IMG/VR virus record: IMGVR_UViG_3300046804_001245
Coordinates: 42,883-106,882 of that record
Length of the DNA stretch: 64,000 nt
Direction: 5' to 3' (one strand)
Source of the DNA: a virus
In this document: piece after piece, positions 52,507 through 64,000 of the stretch
Layout of the letters: each line of letters begins with the position of its first letter
Numbering within the stretch: position 1 is the stretch's first letter
Made by a program: the position numbers and the translations under genes
The notes under the pieces: generated by a model
What the model was told of the DNA's origin: nothing
The model's input: only the letters and a program-made list of their open reading frames with translations
Database searches by the model: none

Positions 52507-55112
52507 TGCCAATTAAAAAATCTTCTAGCGGAAATACTCCAAAGGGAACTACTTCTGATAGACCATCAAGCCCTGTATCTGGCGACATATTTTCAAACAC
52601 TCAATTAGGATATCCAGAATTTTATAATGGGACAACATGGATTCCTATTGGCGCAGTGCCAACTGCTCCAACTTCTGTCGTTGCCACAAATACTGGATCT
52701 AGTAGAGCATTTAATGATGGTAGAGCATCTGTTGCTTTCTCACCAGGTACAGTTCCTGGATCTACATACACAGTTACATCTTCACCTGGCGGATTTAATA
52801 ATACAGGAGGATCTTCTCCAATTGCTGTAACAGGTCTACAATCAAATACATCTTATACGTTTACAGTTACTTCATCTAGCGTATACGGCACATCAGCAGC
52901 ATCTTCTGCATCAGCAGCAATTACTGCAACTACCGTACCAGCAACTATGTCTGCTCCAACTGCAACAAATGTTACTGGAATAGCATATGGATCTTCTCCA
53001 CAAGCTTCAGTTGCATTTACAGCTCCTGCAACAGGCGGATCAACAATAACTTCATACACAGTAACCTCATCTGGAGGGCATACAAATACAGGCTCATCTT
53101 CTCCAATAGTTGTTACTGGTGGTACTGCTGGAACAGGATACACATATACAGTAGTTGCAACAAATGCTAATGGAAACTCTTCTGCCTCTTCTGCATCAAC
53201 ATCTTTGACTGCAGCAACTATATCTCAAGCACCTACAATTGGAACTGCTACTAAGACTGGAATTACAACAGCTACATTAACATTTACAGCTCCTGTAAAT
53301 AACGGCGGATCTACTATTACATCATATACTGCAACTTCTTCTCCAGGCGGAATAACATCTACATTAAATCAAGCAGGATCTGGTACATTTAATATAACTG
53401 GACTTACTGGTGGAACAAATTACACATTTACAGTTACTGCAACAAATGCAATGGGAACATCAGCAGCATCATCTGCAAGTAATCAGATAACAACTGATCC
53501 AGCCACTCTAACTGCAGATATTATGGTTGTTGCAGGCGGAGGTTCTGGAGGTTCTCAAAATGCTGGTGGCGGCGGAGCTGGAGGATTTTTAGTATTCTCT
53601 GGTGAGTCTTTAAGTTTAAATACATCATACCCAGTTGTAGTTGGTGCAGGTGGAGCTGGAGTTACTGGAGGATTTGGAAGAAGCGGAAGTAGTTCTCGTT
53701 TTGGCGATTTAACTCTTGCAGTTGGCGGTGGAGGGGGTTATGGAGGAGGATTTAACTCTGGAAGCGTTGAAGGATATATAGGTGGTTCAGGTGGAGGCGC
53801 TGGTGGAACTGGATCATATGCTCCAAATACATGGGCCGCAGGAACATCTGGACAGGGAAATAGAGGCGGAGCACAAACAGGAAACTATATTGGCGGCGGC
53901 GGAGGTGGTGCTTCTGGAGCAGGAGCAGATAGTGGCGGCGGCGGAGGTGCTGGAGGTGCTGCAAATAGTTCTTATTCTACATGGGCATCTGTTACGTCTA
54001 CTGGAGTAGGAGGAGCATACGCTGGCGGCGGCGGAGGTGGTCCTTCAGGAAGCGGCGGCGGAGGCGGAGCAACAGGAGGAAATAGTAGCTCTAACGTAGC
54101 AGCCAATACAGGAAGTGGAAGCGGTGGACAACGTGATCCAAATCCAACAGGAAGTGGTGGAAGCGGACTTTCAATTATTAGATATGCTGGCTCGCAAGCT
54201 GCATTTGGAGGAACTGTTACATCTGGAGGAGGATATACATATCACACATATCTTTCTACAGGTTCTTTTTATACTGGTTCGTCTCCAAGCACAAAAGCTA
54301 CAGGAGGATTGATAACAGCAGATGCAACTTACGTTTATCACTCTTTTACAGGCACAGCAAACTTTACACCAACGCAAGCATTAACTGTTGATTATATTAT
54401 TATTGGCGGCGGCGGAGGCGGCGGTGGTGGAACAGGCGGCGGTGGTGGAGCTGGAGCAATTACTTTAGTTACTGGAGCATCTTTAAATTCAGGACAAAGC
54501 TATCAAGCATCTATTGGTGGAGGAGGTTCTGGAAGAACTGATGGAAATAGAGGAAATCAAGGCGGTACAAGCTCATTCAACGGCTCCTCAGCGACAGGTG
54601 GTGGTGGCGGTGGAGAAAACTTTGCTGGACAAGGAAACGGAGGTACAGGAGGTTCAGGTGGAGGTGCTGGCGGTCAACAGAGCGCTAGCGGAGGTGGAAC
54701 TTCTGGAACATATACAAATGTTGGTGGAAATGGTTCGGGCGGAGGATCTTATGGTGCAGGTGGTGGCGGTGGTGCTGGTGCACCAGGAACCAGCGGCGGA
54801 GGAAATAGCGGCGGCGCAGGAGGTGCAGGAACATCTGCTTTTTCATCATGGTGTAAAGCAACTGGATTTGGAGAAATTTCAGGATCATTAATGTATATTG
54901 CAGGTGGTGGCGGCGGCGCAGGTAGCACATTTACAGCTGGCGGTGTCGGCGGTGGAGGAAATAGTGGAGCTAATAGCGGTATTACTAGTGCAAACTTTGG
55001 AATTAAAGCACAAGATGGAAGACCAAATACTGGTTCAGGCGGCGGTGGAGGAAGAGATTGGGGAACTGGTAATGGCGCTGGGGGTCTTGTAATTGTTAGG
55101 TATTTAAGGTAG
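52506..55112 (+). CDS. FN3 plus double glycine-rich domain virion protein
   Basis: Three FN3-like repeats and two Gly-rich domains. Confidence 0.8.
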   Translation: MPIKKSSSGNTPKGTTSDRPSSPVSGDIFSNTQLGYPEFYNGTTWIPIGAVPTAPTSVVATNTGSSRAFNDGRASVAFSPGTVPGSTYTVTSSPGGFNNTGGSSPIAVTGLQSNTSYTFTVTSSSVYGTSAASSASAAITATTVPATMSAPTATNVTGIAYGSSPQASVAFTAPATGGSTITSYTVTSSGGHTNTGSSSPIVVTGGTAGTGYTYTVVATNANGNSSASSASTSLTAATISQAPTIGTATKTGITTATLTFTAPVNNGGSTITSYTATSSPGGITSTLNQAGSGTFNITGLTGGTNYTFTVTATNAMGTSAASSASNQITTDPATLTADIMVVAGGGSGGSQNAGGGGAGGFLVFSGESLSLNTSYPVVVGAGGAGVTGGFGRSGSSSRFGDLTLAVGGGGGYGGGFNSGSVEGYIGGSGGGAGGTGSYAPNTWAAGTSGQGNRGGAQTGNYIGGGGGGASGAGADSGGGGGAGGAANSSYSTWASVTSTGVGGAYAGGGGGGPSGSGGGGGATGGNSSSNVAANTGSGSGGQRDPNPTGSGGSGLSIIRYAGSQAAFGGTVTSGGGYTYHTYLSTGSFYTGSSPSTKATGGLITADATYVYHSFTGTANFTPTQALTVDYIIIGGGGGGGGGTGGGGGAGAITLVTGASLNSGQSYQASIGGGGSGRTDGNRGNQGGTSSFNGSSATGGGGGGENFAGQGNGGTGGSGGGAGGQQSASGGGTSGTYTNVGGNGSGGGSYGAGGGGGAGAPGTSGGGNSGGAGGAGTSAFSSWCKATGFGEISGSLMYIAGGGGGAGSTFTAGGVGGGGNSGANSGITSANFGIKAQDGRPNTGSGGGGGRDWGTGNGAGGLVIVRYLR

Positions 55113-55134
55113 AATATAAACATAGGAGAAACAA

Positions 55135-55503
55135 ATGGCACATTTTGCAGAAATTGATGAAAACAATATAGTACTAAGAGTACTTGTTGTCGATGACTTA
55201 CATGAAGAAAGAGGAGAAGAATATCTTTCTGAAGAGTTAGGTTTCGGCGGAAGATGGATTCAGACATCTTATAATACGGCTGGCGGACAGCATAAAAATG
55301 GAGGAATCCCATTAAGAAAAAATTATGCTGGAATAGGTTACACCTATGATGAGCAAAGAGATGCTTTTATCCCACCTAAGGATTTTGCTTCTTTTGTATT
55401 AAATGAAGAAACCTGCTTATGGGAATGTCCAATTCCATATCCACAAGATGGAAATATTTATTTTTGGAATGAAGAAAATCAGTCCTGGGATCCAGCACAA
55501 TAG
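55135..55503 (+). CDS. Tail-associated protein (MAHFAEIDENN family)
   Basis: Paralogue of 44674-45078. Confidence 0.75.
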   Translation: MAHFAEIDENNIVLRVLVVDDLHEERGEEYLSEELGFGGRWIQTSYNTAGGQHKNGGIPLRKNYAGIGYTYDEQRDAFIPPKDFASFVLNEETCLWECPIPYPQDGNIYFWNEENQSWDPAQ

Positions 55504-55544
55504 TTATTATAAAATATAATAATTTATACTAGAAAGTAGAAATA

Positions 55545-56042
55545 ATGTCATATGAAGTTTTTGATAACTACTTAGACAAAGAAATTTTTAAATCAATACA
55601 AAGTGTTTTTATAAATAATTATAATTTTCCTTGGTATTATCATGATGGAATTGCAAAAAAAGAATCTGATAAGGAAATTCATAAATTTCAATTTATTCAT
55701 ATGTTGTTTAGAGAAAATCAAGGTGTTTCTTCAGACTTTTATCAATATATAGTTCCGTTAATAGAAAAAATAAACACTCCAATGCTTATAAGAGTAAAGG
55801 CAAATCTTGGGACTGTAACTCCTAAACATATAAAAGGCGGATTTCATGTAGATACAAAATTTAACCATAAAACAGCAGTATTTTATTTAAATACTAATAA
55901 TGGATATACACTTTTTGAAAATGGAGAAAAAGTCGAAAGTCTTGAAAATAGACTAGTAGTATTTGATTCTAATATTCCACATACTGGTGTTTCTCAAACA
56001 GATACAAAAGTACGCTGTTTATTAAATATAAATTATTTTTAA
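55545..56042 (+). CDS. 2OG-Fe(II) oxygenase superfamily protein
   Basis: FHVD...YLNTNNGYT...NRLVVFDS..PHTG...R motifs. Confidence 0.8.
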   Translation: MSYEVFDNYLDKEIFKSIQSVFINNYNFPWYYHDGIAKKESDKEIHKFQFIHMLFRENQGVSSDFYQYIVPLIEKINTPMLIRVKANLGTVTPKHIKGGFHVDTKFNHKTAVFYLNTNNGYTLFENGEKVESLENRLVVFDSNIPHTGVSQTDTKVRCLLNINYF

Positions 56043-56045
56043 TAC

Positions 56046-57113
56046 ATGTCAAATATGCGTTTTCATGTAATATCATTACCTCATACAAACACGACTAAAG
56101 ACTTTGTATGGTGCGCCTATACGGAAAAAGTCCGTAGATTTTGCAACATGATGAAGTCATTAGGTCATACAGTTTATTTATATGCTGGAACACAAAATGA
56201 GTCGGAAGTAGATGAACTCATAACCTGTATATCAGAAGAAGATAGACTTGCTTATAATGCCGAACCAGATCTAGAAAACATATTATTCGACACCAGCAAT
56301 AAATATTGGCAAATGTTCAATAGCACAGCAATAAAAGAAATGTCTAAAAGAATTGAAGAAAAAGATTTTATTTGTGTAATTGCTGGTAATTGTCAAAAGC
56401 CAATAGCAGATGCATTTCCAAATAATATGACCGTGGAATTTGGAATTGGATATACAGGAACATTTTCTAACTACAGAGTATTTGAATCGTATGCTTGGAT
56501 GCATAGCGTTTATGCTGCACATAAAGATCCATATACAATTAATGGAAAGTTTTATGATACTGTAATTCCTGGTTATCTTGATCCCGCCATGTTTCCGTAT
56601 CAGCCAGAAAAAGGCGACTATTATCTTTACATTGGCAGAATGATAGAACGCAAAGGCGTTCAAATTGCTGCAGAGACTTGTAAAGAATTAGGCGCTAAAC
56701 TTATTTTGGCTGGATCTGGAAATGATATTCCAAAATACGGAGAGTATGTCGGATCAGTTGGTGCAGAAAAAAGAGCAGAACTTATGGGTAAAGCTATCGC
56801 AGTATTTGTTCCAACACTTTATATTGAACCGTTTGGTAATGTTAATATAGAGGCTCAAGCCTGCGGAACGCCAGTCATTACCACAGACTGGGGAGCATTT
56901 ACAGAAACTGTAGTTCATGGCGTTACTGGTTATAGATGCCATACTCTTGACGAATTTTGCAAGGCGGCGGAAGATGTAAAATCTCTAGACACCTATGCTA
57001 TTCATAAACGAGCAGTAGACCTATATTCAGTAGACACTATTAAATATATGTATGAAAAGTACTTTTATAGGCTTATGAACCTATGGGGTAAAGGCTGGTA
57101 CGAAAGGTCATAG
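56046..57113 (+). CDS. GT4 glycosyltransferase
   Basis: YIGRMIERKG and EPFGNVNIEAQACGTPVI motifs. Confidence 0.85.
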   Translation: MSNMRFHVISLPHTNTTKDFVWCAYTEKVRRFCNMMKSLGHTVYLYAGTQNESEVDELITCISEEDRLAYNAEPDLENILFDTSNKYWQMFNSTAIKEMSKRIEEKDFICVIAGNCQKPIADAFPNNMTVEFGIGYTGTFSNYRVFESYAWMHSVYAAHKDPYTINGKFYDTVIPGYLDPAMFPYQPEKGDYYLYIGRMIERKGVQIAAETCKELGAKLILAGSGNDIPKYGEYVGSVGAEKRAELMGKAIAVFVPTLYIEPFGNVNIEAQACGTPVITTDWGAFTETVVHGVTGYRCHTLDEFCKAAEDVKSLDTYAIHKRAVDLYSVDTIKYMYEKYFYRLMNLWGKGWYERS

Positions 57114-57128
57114 TGGTATAATAAAGAA

Positions 57129-59150
57129 ATGCCAACAACGTCTAAGAATTTTCGATTCCCTGATTACCCAGATCAGCCAGACATTCCGCAACATTTTGAA
57201 AATTTGGCTAATGATATAGATAATTATCTAACAGCAAATCCTGGTGCAACAGGTCCTACAGGACCACAAGGTGCATCTGGTCCATCTGGTCCCGCTGGAC
57301 CATCTGGAGCAACAGGCGCACAAGGTACAACTGGTCCAACTGGACCGCAAGGTATTCAAGGTGTTCAAGGTGTAACTGGTCCTCAAGGCACAACTGGTCC
57401 TACAGGACCACAAGGAATAGCAGGCCCAACTGGTGCTACAGGTCCACAAGGATCAACAGGACCTCAAGGTGTAACAGGTCCACAAGGCGCAGGCGTAACA
57501 ATTTTAGGAACATATGCAACATTAGGCGCATTGCAAACAGCGCATCCAACTGGATCTCTTGGAGATGGTTATGTTGTTGCAGGAGATTTATATGTATGGG
57601 ATGGAACACAATGGCTTAATGTTGGACCACTTCAAGGTCCACAAGGTGCAACAGGAGCTACAGGAGTTCAAGGCGCAACTGGACCTCAAGGAACAACTGG
57701 CTTACAAGGACCAACTGGCCCACAAGGCATTCAAGGAGCAACTGGTCCACAAGGGATTCAAGGTATTCAAGGAATTACTGGTCCACAAGGACCAACAGGC
57801 GCAACAGGTCTAACTGGTGCAACAGGTGCAAATGGAGTATTTACAATTGTTTCAAGTACGCCACCATCATCACCAGTTTCTGGGCAAGCTTGGTACAATT
57901 CAGATAACGGTTTAACTTATATTTATTATGATTCTTATTGGATAGAAACTGGAAACTCTTTAGCTGGCCCTACTGGCGTACAGGGTCCAACTGGTGCAAC
58001 AGGTCCGCAAGGAGCAACGGGAGCTGGATCAACTGGTCCAACTGGACCACAAGGTGATGTTGGTGCAACAGGTGCTACAGGTCCGCAAGGATTAGGAAAA
58101 GTAGTTCAAGTTGTTACTGGAAGCTCTTCTCAATATGTAGCTTCAAATTCATTGCAAGGTACAAAACAGGACACTACTTTACAGGCAACAATTACCCCTA
58201 CATCGGCATCAAATAATATTCTTATTATTTTCCACCAAGCCTATAATAAAACTAACGACTCTCAGCTATCAAGTCTTTGGCTTGAATTATGGAAAGATAA
58301 CAGTTTAGTTAAGCAGTTTACAATAGATGCAGGATGGTCTAATACGTATCTACCAGCGCATACTTGGAAAGGACTAGTTTATAGTGGAAGCCATTTACAT
58401 AGTCCATCAACAACATCTGCTATTACATATAAAACAAAATTTACTGGAGGATATGGTCATATAAGTGTTAATGATGGAGTCATTACTGGCGGCAGTACAA
58501 TGATTTTGATGGAGGTAACGCCATGACAATTAATTTAGGACAGGCTATAGGATCAGAAACGCTAAAGATGCTAGTCCCAGATAATATTAGATGGACAATA
58601 TATGGAGATCAGTATTCTGGAATAATTTGGCATGATGGAGATCCTTATATTACAGAAGAAGAATTTAATCAGGGAAAGATTGATGTTATTGAATATCTAG
58701 AGCAAAAAGAATTAGAAAAGCAAAATAAACGACAGGCAGCAATAAATAAATTACAGCAATTAGGATTGACTGAAGAAGATATTCAGTTAATAGTGGGTAT
58801 CTGATATGCCAATGGATTTTCCTAACTCTCCCGCCCTTAATGATACATTTACAGTAAGTGGAACTACTTGGATATGGAATGGCACAACGTGGAATGTAGT
58901 AAGAACTTCCGCAGGCGCAACAGGACCTTCTGGACCAGCAGGCGCAACAGGACCAACTGGGCCGCAAGGTACAGCAGGTACAAACGGAACTAATGGCGCA
59001 GTAGGCGCAACTGGTTCAACAGGACCAGCTGGATCTAATGCTACATCATATTCTAATGGTACAAATACATCTAATACTAATAAAATTTTTTATACTACTG
59101 GCGCTCAACCAACTGGGACGGCAGCTGGAGACCTCTGGGTAACTTACTAA
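57129..59150 (+). CDS. Collagen-like fibre proteins (57129-58526, 58806-59150) and chaperone-like ORF (58523-58804)
   Basis: Long G-x-y repeats (GPT/GPQ/GAT). Confidence 0.8.
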
Positions 59151-59151
59151 T

Positions 59152-60087
59152 ATGGGTCTTAAAGTATATAATGGCTCATCATGGAGTTCACAAGCAACTG
59201 ATTTTAAACTATACAATGGTTCTTCATGGACTCAAATACAAACTGCTTATGTATACGATGGATCTCAATGGCGTCAATTTTGGCCAGAAGCACCAGTAAA
59301 TACAGTATCGCCAACTGTTTCTTTTTCTCAAAATGCTTGGAATTATGGAGCTGGGCAAAATGCCACAGTTACTAGTGGTACATGGACAAATAGTCCAACA
59401 AGTTATAGCTATCAATGGTATTATAAGCCAAATGGTGGATCTTGGACAACAGTTTCTGGAGGAACATCGTCTACTTTATATTTAGCAGGGTCTTTAGCTG
59501 GAGCTCAAATAAAAGTTGGAGTTACCGCAACAAATGCTAGAGGATCCACTACTGTAGAGATACAGCCAGCAGCAGGATCAGCTCTTCAGCCACAAGCGTT
59601 GAGCGGATTGAATGCAAGTAAAACTGGATATGGACAGGTTTCCGCATCCTGGAATTCTTCAATAGGAGCAACAGTATATCAAATACAGTATTCTATGGGA
59701 GCAGGATATGTTAATACAACAACAACAAGCACTAGCTGGAGTATAAGCAATATAACTCCTGGTCCAACATTTAGCTTATATGTAGCACCCGCAACTGCAA
59801 ATAACGGTTGGTCGTTTTCACCACTGCCAGGAAATGGTCAGCAAGTTTTTGTTTCGAATTTACCATAAAAGGAGGAATAAATGACTACATATGAATATTT
59901 AACAGATGCTGAAAAAACAGCAATTCGTGAATCTGCTATGCGTGGTCTAGAGTATCATATATATACCCTAGAACAACAGTTGTTAATTGCAAATGCAGCA
60001 AACGAAATAGACAGCAATGCAATACAACAAATTGAGTCTGCAATTGCAGAAAAGCAAGCTCAAATTCAAATTCTAAAGCAGGCCTAA
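59152..60087 (+). CDS. Ig/FN3-like virion protein (59152-59868) and small helical protein (59881-60087)
   Basis: PVNTVSPTV...GTW...SYSYQW Ig-like motif. Confidence 0.7.
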
Positions 60088-60088
60088 A

Positions 60089-61953
60089 ATGTCTTACAAA
60101 GCGACAGTGCTATATGACTATCCAATTGCGTATTACCCTTTGGATGACTTGACTACTGTCGATTTAGTAACAGACTATAATGACATACTCTCACAATTTT
60201 CTTCATATCAAGATATATTAGATAATGTATCTTCATATGCAAATTTGTATGGTGATGTTGCATATGATCATTCTGGATGTGAAAATGACTCTAATTATAT
60301 TGGAGATCCAGAGTCTGGAATTTTACCAATTGTTTCTGGTAACGGTAGATCAACAAAAATAACAAATTTAAACTCTATAGTTTATACAATAGTGAATGAC
60401 TACAGTGGCGGTGCATAATGTTTGGAAAAAAATATTATTCTGATAATGATTTTACTATTGAATTCTGGTTTTATCCTCAAATCGTTTCAACATCAGAAAT
60501 TCCTTTAGTAGGAGACTCCACAGAAGATATAGGAGTATTTTATCAAAAAGGTAATATAGTATTTAAATTGGATTCAGAAAGTTTAGAATACACTCTTTCG
60601 TCTACTAATAAAGTTTTTCATATAGCGTGTGTATATTCAGTTACTTCCGCCTCTATTTATATAAATGGGGCTTTAGTTCAGTATAAAGTCCTGCCTAATT
60701 TTGAATTTACAAACACCAGTTTAAATTTAGCCACTGGTCCAACTCCTAGCTCAAACGATTCATTTTTAATCAATAGCGTAGCAATATACAGATACGGATT
60801 GTCACAGTCTCAAATACTATATCATTTTGCACAAGGACAGGGATTACCTGCAATTCAAATAGCAGATCCAGCAGGAGGAGAATTATTTGAACTTTATGAT
60901 AATGAGGTTTCTTCATCTTATAAATTTCAGTATCCGTACAGCAAAAGTTGGGATCAACTAACAACTTCTGGCCTAACATATAACCAGTCTTTAGATTGTC
61001 TTGAAATAACAGAAACAGAAAATTCTGCATCCAGCACAGTTACAATAGAAGATTTTATTTCTATCCCGACATCAGCAACTTTAGATTCTTCTAAAATAGA
61101 ATGGGACGGCGACAATGGAATTACAGTTGAAGCAAGTATAGATGGAATAAATTATACAAGTTGTATAAATGGACAGCAGGTGCCAAATTATACTTTAAAT
61201 AGTTTTTCATCAAGTGGTAATTTGTATTTAAGAATAACATTTACCTCTACCGATACATCAAGATATATTCCAAGACTGTACAATTTAGATATACTATTTT
61301 ACAATAACTATAGGAGATATTCTTATAATGGTACTGGATACTTAGCAACATTAGAACAGCATGCTGGAATATCGGACTATAATATATCTTTAGGAAAATT
61401 GCCTTATGACATCTTGTCTAGAAATAGCAGAAATGGCCTCAGAACTGTTGTAGACTCTGGATTTGAAATTACTACAAATAAAGGAATAAGGACTATAGAA
61501 TTTTTCTATACACCAAATGCCTTGACAGATAGCGGTTTAATTTCTACGACAGCTACAAATGGATATGCCGCCTCAACATTACGCTGGAGTAATTCTGGCA
61601 CAATGTCTAAGACTAATATTTCTGCCATATACGTAAATGGGGTAAATAAGACATCTCAAACCAACGTTTCAGGCATATTTAAAGCAGGGCAATTACACCA
61701 TGTCATAGTCGTATTTGCGTCGGCGGTATCAAGTGATATTAGATTCAATTATTCAGTAAATGGATCGGTATCAGCCCTATACCAATATATTACTTTATAT
61801 GAGACAGCTTTTAATTCAACCCAAGCTGCCGCCAACTATGATCTATATATTCGTAAGCAAACTTCAACAATTACAGACTCTTCGACTCCTATTCTGACAG
61901 AAACAAGCGCAACGGCATATAATAATGACTGGATTGTGGTTCAAAGTATATAA
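60089..61953 (+). CDS. LamG/ConA-like virion protein in two coupled ORFs (60089-60418; 60418-61953)
   Basis: PIAYYPLDD in the first ORF; FTIEFWF...IYING...VAIY in the second. Confidence 0.65.
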
Positions 61954-62016
61954 TTTTGTCATTTGGCATGACAAAAAGCTGGACTTAGACTGGCAAAGAT
62001 GGTAAAATAAATACCT

Positions 62017-62373
62017 ATGGATATTAAGAACAAGAGCATAAAGGTAGGACCAGAAGAAACAACTCTGGGAATATATGTATGGGAAATGCCAGACGGGCGT
62101 TGGATTGGCGATGATGATGGCAACTTCCTATCTATAACCTCCATGAAAGGCAATCGCTCTCGCATAGATGCCCTTGCCAGAGAAGTAAGATCATATGGAA
62201 TTTATGAAGGGCAGCCAGTATTCCTATCGGGCCGTCGTAAAATTGATGATGAAGAATTTGAATATCAGCAACAAAGGCTAAAGTGGGGCCTAACACCAGA
62301 TCCACTAGACATAGGCGTTTATAAGGAAGAAACAAGGAAGGCTCAGCAAAATGGCAACAATGTTCGAAGATAA
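62017..62373 (+). CDS. Hypothetical protein upstream of portal
   Basis: 118-aa ORF, leaderless after TGGTAAAAT. Confidence 0.7.
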   Translation: MDIKNKSIKVGPEETTLGIYVWEMPDGRWIGDDDGNFLSITSMKGNRSRIDALAREVRSYGIYEGQPVFLSGRRKIDDEEFEYQQQRLKWGLTPDPLDIGVYKEETRKAQQNGNNVRR

Positions 62374-63940
62374 TTCACAAGAATTAGATACTGGCGTACA
62401 CGCATACACAGCATCAGATTTCCACATACCGTCAGCAAGCGTTGTAAAAACAACAGACGTATTTATGGCCTCTGGCGAAGATTTACAAAAGATTTCTGGG
62501 CTAAGTCCTGCATTCCGACGCAAGATGAGCCGTACAATTCAAAAGAGATTTGTTGGCCTTGATGGGGCGGAGACACAACAGAATCTTCTTGCACAAGCCA
62601 TTACTGGCTATGCAATGTTTGACCTTATTGAGCCTCCATATAACCTTGAATATCTTTCACATATTTATGAAATTTCTCCATACAACTATGCAGCAATTAA
62701 CGCCAAGGTTTCAAACATTGTAGGTCTTGGATATGACTTTATTGAAACACGCAAAACAATGGATGCAATTGATGGGATTGATAACGAAAATCAATTAGAG
62801 CGGGCACGTAGAAAGCTTGACAGACTTCGTCAAGATCTACATGAGTGGCTAGAAGATTGCAATGAAGAAGAAACATTTAAAGAGACTCTAATTAAGTTTT
62901 ATGTAGATGTAGAAGCAACAGGAAATGGCTATCTAGAGGTTGGTAGGACAACCTCTGGAAAGATAGGATATATCGGACATATTCCTTCAAAGACAATGCG
63001 TGTCCGTCGTCTTCGTGATGGCTTTATTCAATTGCTTTATGGCAAGGCTGTATTCTTCCGTAATTTTGCAGATCAGCAAACTCCTAATCCAATTGCGGAC
63101 GGCAGCGATAGACCAAATGAAATTATCCACTTTAAGAAATATACCCCACGTAATAACTACTATGGTATCCCAGACATCGTAGCAGCATCAAATGCTATGG
63201 CTGGAAATGAATTTGCTGGTAAATATAACCTTGACTATTTTGAAAATAAGGCAGTACCACGTTATATTATTACGGTAAAAGGTGCAAAGCTCTCAACAGA
63301 GTCAGAGCGTAAATTGCTGGAATTTTTCCAGGTCGGTCTTAAAGGAAAGAATCACCGCTCACTATATATTCCTCTTCCAGCCGATTCCCCAGACTCTAAG
63401 GTTGAATTTAAAATGGAGCCAGTTGAGGCGGGAGCACAAGAATCTTCATTTAACGTATATCGTCAATCTAACCGTGATGAAATATTAATGGCTCACCGTG
63501 TCCCAATTTCTAAAATTGGTAGCCCACAAGGAATTTCTTTGGCAAATGCCCGTGATGCAGATAAAACATTTAAAGAGCAGGTATGTAAGCCAGTCCAAGA
63601 TATTTTAGAAAAGAAACTAAATAAATTAATTGAAGAAATGACTGATGCCCTTCAAATTAAATTTAATGAATTGTCGCTTACTGACGAAGATACTCAATCT
63701 AAGATTGATGAGCGTTATTTAAGAATGCAGGTAATTACCCCAAATGAAGTTCGTATTCGCAAGGGTATGGTTCCAATGGATGGCGGGGACGAAGTAGTAC
63801 AATTAAAGCCACAACAGCAGGCGGAAGTAAGAGCCCAGGCTGGAAATACCAGAACAAGAGACCAAGAAAGGGATAATAATTCCCCAGATATTTCGGGGGA
63901 AGCTAGAAATCCTCAAGGTGAAGGCAGACAGGTTGAGTAA
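62351..63940 (+). CDS. Portal protein
   Basis: TGNGYLEV, EIIHFK, YYGIP, YFEN.AVP, HRVP and ITPNEVR motifs of PBSX/HK97-type portals. Confidence 0.9.
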   Translation: MATMFEDNSQELDTGVHAYTASDFHIPSASVVKTTDVFMASGEDLQKISGLSPAFRRKMSRTIQKRFVGLDGAETQQNLLAQAITGYAMFDLIEPPYNLEYLSHIYEISPYNYAAINAKVSNIVGLGYDFIETRKTMDAIDGIDNENQLERARRKLDRLRQDLHEWLEDCNEEETFKETLIKFYVDVEATGNGYLEVGRTTSGKIGYIGHIPSKTMRVRRLRDGFIQLLYGKAVFFRNFADQQTPNPIADGSDRPNEIIHFKKYTPRNNYYGIPDIVAASNAMAGNEFAGKYNLDYFENKAVPRYIITVKGAKLSTESERKLLEFFQVGLKGKNHRSLYIPLPADSPDSKVEFKMEPVEAGAQESSFNVYRQSNRDEILMAHRVPISKIGSPQGISLANARDADKTFKEQVCKPVQDILEKKLNKLIEEMTDALQIKFNELSLTDEDTQSKIDERYLRMQVITPNEVRIRKGMVPMDGGDEVVQLKPQQQAEVRAQAGNTRTRDQERDNNSPDISGEARNPQGEGRQVE

Positions 63941-64000
63941 TACTACTCAACTGATTATTTGCCTTATATATAATAACGTTATAAAATTAAGCATATGAAT

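Noticed and set aside
1-64000. Integrated prophage or host chromosomal DNA
   Set aside because: No integrase, att site or host housekeeping operon; all content is phage-like.

Overview
A 64-kb segment of a large, AT-rich tailed dsDNA phage, most likely infecting freshwater Actinobacteria (WhiB, an Lsr2-like domain, an MSMEG_6728-type glycosylase, GAAAGGA Shine-Dalgarno sequences, many leaderless genes). Layout: (1) 1-13.7 kb, + strand: lysis/membrane genes, WhiB, HslV-like protease, subtilase, DNA glycosylase, thioredoxin and a secreted surface protein. (2) About 14.1-26.2 kb: a - strand island of about 30 mostly tiny genes, plus tRNA-Asp, DUF932 and Gp88-like genes. (3) 26.3-32.6 kb: HNH, transglycosylase, glycosyltransferase and class II RNR. 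(4) 32.6-64 kb: a long block of tail fibre/FN3/Gly-rich/collagen virion genes ending in the portal. The main signal is regulatory and lies in the island. It holds 18 exact copies and 1 variant of TGTC(A/G)G-N10-TAnnnT, the actinobacterial PafBC/RecA-NDp DNA-damage promoter, all on the - strand. It also holds 9 CRP-type TGTGA-N6-TCACA boxes, 7 of them centred about 63-78 bp upstream of the predicted start sites. Island genes share an extended RBS (AACGAAAGGAA), and a candidate structured sRNA carries its exact complement. A parS-like palindrome and a MraZ-like repeat array flank the island. Motifs were found by eye; all functions are inferred and no database searches were run.
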